DNA of 64,000 bases, from the NCBI GenBank assembly GCA_965203805.1, contig OZ241917.1, positions 3,904,001-3,968,000 on the forward strand, written 5' to 3'. Below the pieces are notes generated by a model. The model saw nothing but the letters and a program-made list of their open reading frames with translations. It made no database searches and was not told the origin of the DNA. How positions within the stretch are numbered: the stretch's first letter is position 1; each line of letters starts with the position of its first letter. The DNA comes from Candidatus Latescibacterota bacterium. Lineage in GTDB: Bacteria; Latescibacterota; UBA2968; GCA-2709665. A program made the translations under genes and the position numbers. Shown here piece by piece: positions 59,553 to 64,000 of the stretch.

Positions 59553-61922
59553 ATGAGACATATAGTGGCTTTCATGTCGGTAGTACTGGCGACAAGCCAG
59601 GCACTCGCCTTGACGAAGCAGGCCCGAATGGATTCGCTTTTCAGGGAGGCATTGGCGCACGTCGGTCAGGTGCCGCCAGAAGTGAGCATCAAGGCACTCG
59701 AGCAGGTATTGAAGCTGGAATGGCATTACGCACCCGCTCACTACGAGATCGCGAAGCGGTACATGGAAATGAACACGCCGCTTACACGCCAGAGCGCCCG
59801 CAAGGCGCTGGATGAGGCATTGCGGCTCGACCCGGAGAACACGGACTATCAGATGGCCTTGGGTGAGTTGCTCAGCAGACAGGGTTTCTCCTACATTGCG
59901 GAACGGCAATATCGCAAGCTGTCTACGGACGATACCGGAAACGCGGAAGCGGCGTACTGGGCTGGATATTACGCTGTTCAGGAATATATCGCATTGATCG
60001 ACAAGAAGCAGTTTGTACGCCTTGACAAAGGTGGCAGGGGTGTGATGTACTACTGGAGGACTATCGCGGAGAATGCTTTGGAACGAGCAGAGAGATATCT
60101 AAATCGGAGCATCGACGCTGACCCCGAGTTCAAGAGCACTTACAACCTGCTAGGGCTTCTTCATGTCGAGACCGGAAAGCCGCAAGCATTGATTCTGTTG
60201 GCTAAGCGTCTTCTTGATCATGCGCCCGATGACAAGGACGCGCTGTTGTTCTGCGGTCTCGGGTACCATATACAGGGCAAAATGAACATAGCCTACAGTT
60301 ACTACAGGCGAGCTATTGAGCGAATGACCGGCGATGAGAGGTCTATGATGGAGTCGGTGGACATTATCGCGTCGGACGAACAGCGGACACGAATGGTGCG
60401 GGCGACTGCGTACCGGGACACTGACAGGGACAATTGGAGCATTGACAGACACACACGCTTTTGGCGTAGCCAGGATCCGCTCTTCCTGACGGAGTTTAAC
60501 GAGCGCAAGATGGAACACTACGCCCGGGTGGCATATGCAAATCTGAGATTCACCCGGCCTTTCAAGGGAATCGATGGGTGGCAGACAGACCCGGGAATGG
60601 CATTTATCAAATTTGGACGCTATGTCGGACGGGATGTCTTCGTTGCACGGAAGGCATGGTATTATGGTAAGTTCAGCATCTGGTTCGAGAACGGCGACGG
60701 ATTGGACGGCTGGCGCTTTGCACGAGGATCAGAAACGGGTAAAACCGCGCGAGAGTCGACTGAAACAATCTGGGTGCATGTGTGTGGTCGCATGTATAAG
60801 ATTACACGAATGCGAAACAGACCAGGCGATTTCTATTCCGGTAAGGACCGAAAGGAGGCTTTGTGGAGAACCCCTCGAACGGCTGCACGTCAGGTGTTTC
60901 ACGATACACCGCAGCGGTATATTGACCCCTATCGCGAACGCAGATATCGGATGCCCCATCAGGTTGCAGCATTTCGTCAAGGCGACAGTATTCGCGTGGA
61001 ATTCGCATACGCGATTCCCAAGGCACGGGTTCGGGTTTCCGATCCGGATGGCTTCATGGTTCTGGAAGATGGGGTGTTTTTATTTGATGAGCAATGGGAC
61101 CAGGTCTACGAACGGAAGACGTTAGTAAACATGCGGTGGCCGGTATTTGACCCGAACGTTGAGACAAAAAGCGACAGTCTGCGGCGTAACCATGTGGTGT
61201 CGTTTCGAACGGTGCAGGTTGCGCCTCGTCCCCATCGCATTGTCGTCGAGGTCCGGGACCGCGGCACTGGTTCTATCGGGACTTTCCGCGAATTGCGGGC
61301 ATTCGAAGCCGGGGATTCACTGTTGGTCGTCAGTGATCTTCTGCTAGCCTCCGACATCAAGCCGAAGACCTCGTTCCCTGAGGGTCGAGATGATCTTCAC
61401 GTCACGCCCAACCCGTTACACACCTACGCCCGATCAGAGCCGGTCTTCATCTATCTTGAAATCTACAATCTAAAGATGGACAGGTTTGGCCGAACCAAAT
61501 ACCGGATTTCCTACCGGCTGACCAACCCCGATAGCGAGGAAATTCGGCCCGAACGGTTTGCGGCCATAGACATGCCGAGCGTGGGCGCTAAGGTGCAAAT
61601 TCAGACCATCATCGAAGAGGGGATGGACGACACCGAAGACGAAATATGGGAGGATGAACCGAACGTAACGTATCGCGTAAAATACATCCTGCCGAAGCGA
61701 AATAAAATCTCCGAGGAGATTGAATCCGCGTCTCGTGCACGTAAAGGTGCGGAAACCACGGTGACCTCGAGTTACGAGGGATCCCAGAAGGATGATTTTA
61801 CGTTTCTGGAGGTCGACGTGAGCAGCGCCCCCGCCGGTTTCCACAAGCTGATCGTCAGCATGAAGGATCTTAACACGGGACATACCGCCGAACGGCACGT
61901 AGTATTCAGGTTGGTTGAGTAG
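59553..61922 (+). CDS. TPR + GWxTD domain protein (divergent member of the array subfamily)
   Basis: Signal peptide, APAHYEIAK, FWRSQDP...ERKMEHYARVAYAN...GWQTDPG, ends FRLVE*. Confidence 0.9.
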   Translation: MRHIVAFMSVVLATSQALALTKQARMDSLFREALAHVGQVPPEVSIKALEQVLKLEWHYAPAHYEIAKRYMEMNTPLTRQSARKALDEALRLDPENTDYQMALGELLSRQGFSYIAERQYRKLSTDDTGNAEAAYWAGYYAVQEYIALIDKKQFVRLDKGGRGVMYYWRTIAENALERAERYLNRSIDADPEFKSTYNLLGLLHVETGKPQALILLAKRLLDHAPDDKDALLFCGLGYHIQGKMNIAYSYYRRAIERMTGDERSMMESVDIIASDEQRTRMVRATAYRDTDRDNWSIDRHTRFWRSQDPLFLTEFNERKMEHYARVAYANLRFTRPFKGIDGWQTDPGMAFIKFGRYVGRDVFVARKAWYYGKFSIWFENGDGLDGWRFARGSETGKTARESTETIWVHVCGRMYKITRMRNRPGDFYSGKDRKEALWRTPRTAARQVFHDTPQRYIDPYRERRYRMPHQVAAFRQGDSIRVEFAYAIPKARVRVSDPDGFMVLEDGVFLFDEQWDQVYERKTLVNMRWPVFDPNVETKSDSLRRNHVVSFRTVQVAPRPHRIVVEVRDRGTGSIGTFRELRAFEAGDSLLVVSDLLLASDIKPKTSFPEGRDDLHVTPNPLHTYARSEPVFIYLEIYNLKMDRFGRTKYRISYRLTNPDSEEIRPERFAAIDMPSVGAKVQIQTIIEEGMDDTEDEIWEDEPNVTYRVKYILPKRNKISEEIESASRARKGAETTVTSSYEGSQKDDFTFLEVDVSSAPAGFHKLIVSMKDLNTGHTAERHVVFRLVE

Positions 61923-62337
61923 TGCCGGTTTCGTGAAAAGTACAACGTGTGGGGAGGGACGGTCCCCATCTCGACAGCGTTCGACACTGCCTGCTCGTCC
62001 ACCGTGTTAGACATCCTGATCGACAGCACCAGACAACAATGTCAGAGCCCCGATTCGTTGAAGTGCAGCAACGATTCACCCAGACATCCGTTACGCATAT
62101 TTGGCTGGTATGCGATCTCCTGAACTCGTAGGCTTGCGTAGACTCGTCAGAGTTCTCTATAGGCATTGGCTATGATATCGCGACAATCGTTGCGAATCAT
62201 TCGCCGCAGCTTTCGGACGAATTGGCACATTGCCACCCTTTTGGGTCATCCAGATTGGTGAATTGTAGGACTACTCACGCAGAAAGCACAACATGACTCT
62301 TGCCGCACGACACCGGATGTCGACGGGGAGGGAATTC

Positions 62338-64000
62338 ATGAAATCCAGGATACTCTATTCCATACCCGGTATACTCTTGCTGTGCTATTTCGGATGTTCA
62401 CCAAAGGAAACGGTGACCGTATCAGGCGCTGTGAGCCATCCTGGAGGCGTGGCTTACCGGCCTGAATGGAGGGTTCAGGACTACGTGACCGCCGCCGGCG
62501 GATACCTGGCCGAGGCGGATACAGGTCGCGTCGCTCTGGTCCGGTCGATGCCGGATAGCCTGACTACAGAGAAACGGACAAGTTCGGGTAGATGGATGTT
62601 AAAGGACGCCCCTGCTTTGATGCCTGGCGATCTGATTTCTGTGCCGCTGAAAGCATATCGGGTGAGGTTCGATACGGTGCTCGTGGTTGAGAATATGAGA
62701 CTGACATGGAATGAGCACGTTTATCGCCTGGAGCGCGGACGGGCTGTGCCCGTCATGACAACGCGGGGCGCCGTAGCTGCTGTGGTTTTCGGCAAGGGGG
62801 AGGTTGTCCGGGCGGCCACCGGGAAGGTGGTTGGTCCGTTCCAATATCTGTATCTGACGATGCATCCCGACAGTTACGAAGCGCTTGTACCGGCGTTGAG
62901 GAAGCCGGTCACGGATCGGGACGCGCAAGAAGATGCCGAAGCGTTGCACCGATCTTTGTTCCAAAAGTCAACGTTCTGGTACGGCAGCCTGGCGCAACTA
63001 CCTCCCCAAGGTCATTTTCGTGTCCAGGCCGGCGTCTGGCTCAAACCGAAAAATGATTCCTTTCCCGGAAGGGGCGTCCGCAAGCATCATTACGGGGACG
63101 GCCGAGTGTGGACGACGTTTCCTGATGGACGGCAGCGATGGCGATACCCGGACGGTCGTGTGGTGATGCGGTTTCGCGATAAGACTCGGGAAATGCGGTT
63201 TCCCGATGGCTCGGTCCGATTTGTGAACACGCTGGGTGGCGTGAAAACGACGTTTCCGGACGGACGGATGGTGTTCAATGACGCCGACGGCAATCAGCAC
63301 CGTATGTACAAAGACGGACGCCAGGAATGGAAGCGTGCGTCCGGGAACCGGATTACGATTTATCCCGACGGGCGCCGTGTGCATCGGTTTGTAAGCGGGA
63401 CTGTGCGTACGGTGCATCCGAATGGCGTGGAACGGACGTCATTCACGGACGGCACACGCCATGTTCTCTATCCTGGAGGAACGGTGGAAATCACGGTACC
63501 GGGCGGTGTACGGGAGACGCGTTATCCAGATGGAAGTGTCCTTGCAATCACACCTGCCGGGCATCGGATAAAGGTCTTCAGAGATGGGCGGGAGTTTACG
63601 CTAATGAATGACGGGACGACGATTGACCAGTTTCCGGATGGACGAAAAATACAGAAAAATCCCACCGGAGTGAAAGTGGAGATTTCTGCGGATCAATCCC
63701 GGCGGACCGTTTATCCGGACGGTTCGGAAACGGTACGTCGTCTCGATGGCGTGCGGGTTGCGCGGCTTGCAGACGGGACGGTGATCGAGGAGTTTACGGA
63801 TGGGAGGATTTTGCAGACCGATACATCAGGAGTACGAGTCGAGTTTCTTGCTCCTGATCGACATTTCGATACGGATCAAGGGGGGGACCGTGTACAGGAG
63901 CATGCTGATAGTACATCCGTGAGACAACTCGTGGAACCGTACCGGTACCGGGGCCCAATCCGGCGGGACCTGATCCGGCTGGAGCGTTTTCCGGAGCGCA
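62338..64000 (+). CDS. Lipoprotein with an SLBB-like domain and 9-aa (F/Y)PDG repeats; runs off the right edge (absent from the ORF track)
   Basis: Translated by hand. SD GGGGAGG, MKSRILYSIPGILLLCYFGC, VTVSGAVSHPG...DYVTAAGGY...LMPGDLISVP, then repeats from 63088. No stop before 64000. Confidence 0.85.
   Translation, partial: MKSRILYSIPGILLLCYFGCSPKETVTVSGAVSHPGGVAYRPEWRVQDYVTAAGGYLAEADTGRVALVRSMPDSLTTEKRTSSGRWMLKDAPALMPGDLISVPLKAYRVRFDTVLVVENMRLTWNEHVYRLERGRAVPVMTTRGAVAAVVFGKGEVVRAATGKVVGPFQYLYLTMHPDSYEALVPALRKPVTDRDAQEDAEALHRSLFQKSTFWYGSLAQLPPQGHFRVQAGVWLKPKNDSFPGRGVRKHHYGDGRVWTTFPDGRQRWRYPDGRVVMRFRDKTREMRFPDGSVRFVNTLGGVKTTFPDGRMVFNDADGNQHRMYKDGRQEWKRASGNRITIYPDGRRVHRFVSGTVRTVHPNGVERTSFTDGTRHVLYPGGTVEITVPGGVRETRYPDGSVLAITPAGHRIKVFRDGREFTLMNDGTTIDQFPDGRKIQKNPTGVKVEISADQSRRTVYPDGSETVRRLDGVRVARLADGTVIEEFTDGRILQTDTSGVRVEFLAPDRHFDTDQGGDRVQEHADSTSVRQLVEPYRYRGPIRRDLIRLERFPER

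Noticed and set aside
61949-62131. Short ORF containing MSEPRFVEVQQRFTQ, possibly a gene remnant
   Set aside because: Too short, with no clear RBS or family motif.
1-64000. CRISPR array, rRNA, prophage or IS element
   Set aside because: No regularly spaced short repeats with unique spacers, no rRNA-like tract, and no phage, transposase or integrase motifs in the ORFs.

Overview
A 64-kb bacterial region in which every credible gene lies on the + strand. It is dominated by expanded families of exported proteins. (i) Eleven TPR + GWxTD-type genes (nine intact, one truncated pseudogene, one split by an in-frame TGA) fall into three subfamilies and include a mosaic tandem array at 22.4-32.8 kb. 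(ii) A five-gene tandem array (39.9-45.7 kb) encodes signal peptide + double EF-hand/dockerin-like + non-catalytic FGE/SUMF1 (C-type-lectin fold) proteins with shuffled constant parts and divergent loops. Between these lie a glycan-modification cluster (Gfo/Idh/MocA, split transketolase, GT2, TIGR03032-like, sulfotransferase, epimerase, methyltransferase, TlpA, MBOAT+SGNH, GalU-like) and a DUF4297-HerA anti-phage locus with a frameshifted herA. Other genes are a UshA-like/tetraheme cytochrome fusion followed by a small six-Cys secreted peptide, lipoproteins, an orphan MacB/FtsX permease, and a right-edge lipoprotein with 28 nine-residue (F/Y)PDG repeats that the ORF track missed. Nested REP-like palindromes and a shared ECF-like leader precede several GWxTD genes. 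I saw no rRNA, tRNA, CRISPR array, integrase, transposase or reverse transcriptase. Gene content suggests an FCB-group organism such as Latescibacterota (inference only). All family calls are by motif recognition, not database searches. The frameshifts could be sequencing errors.
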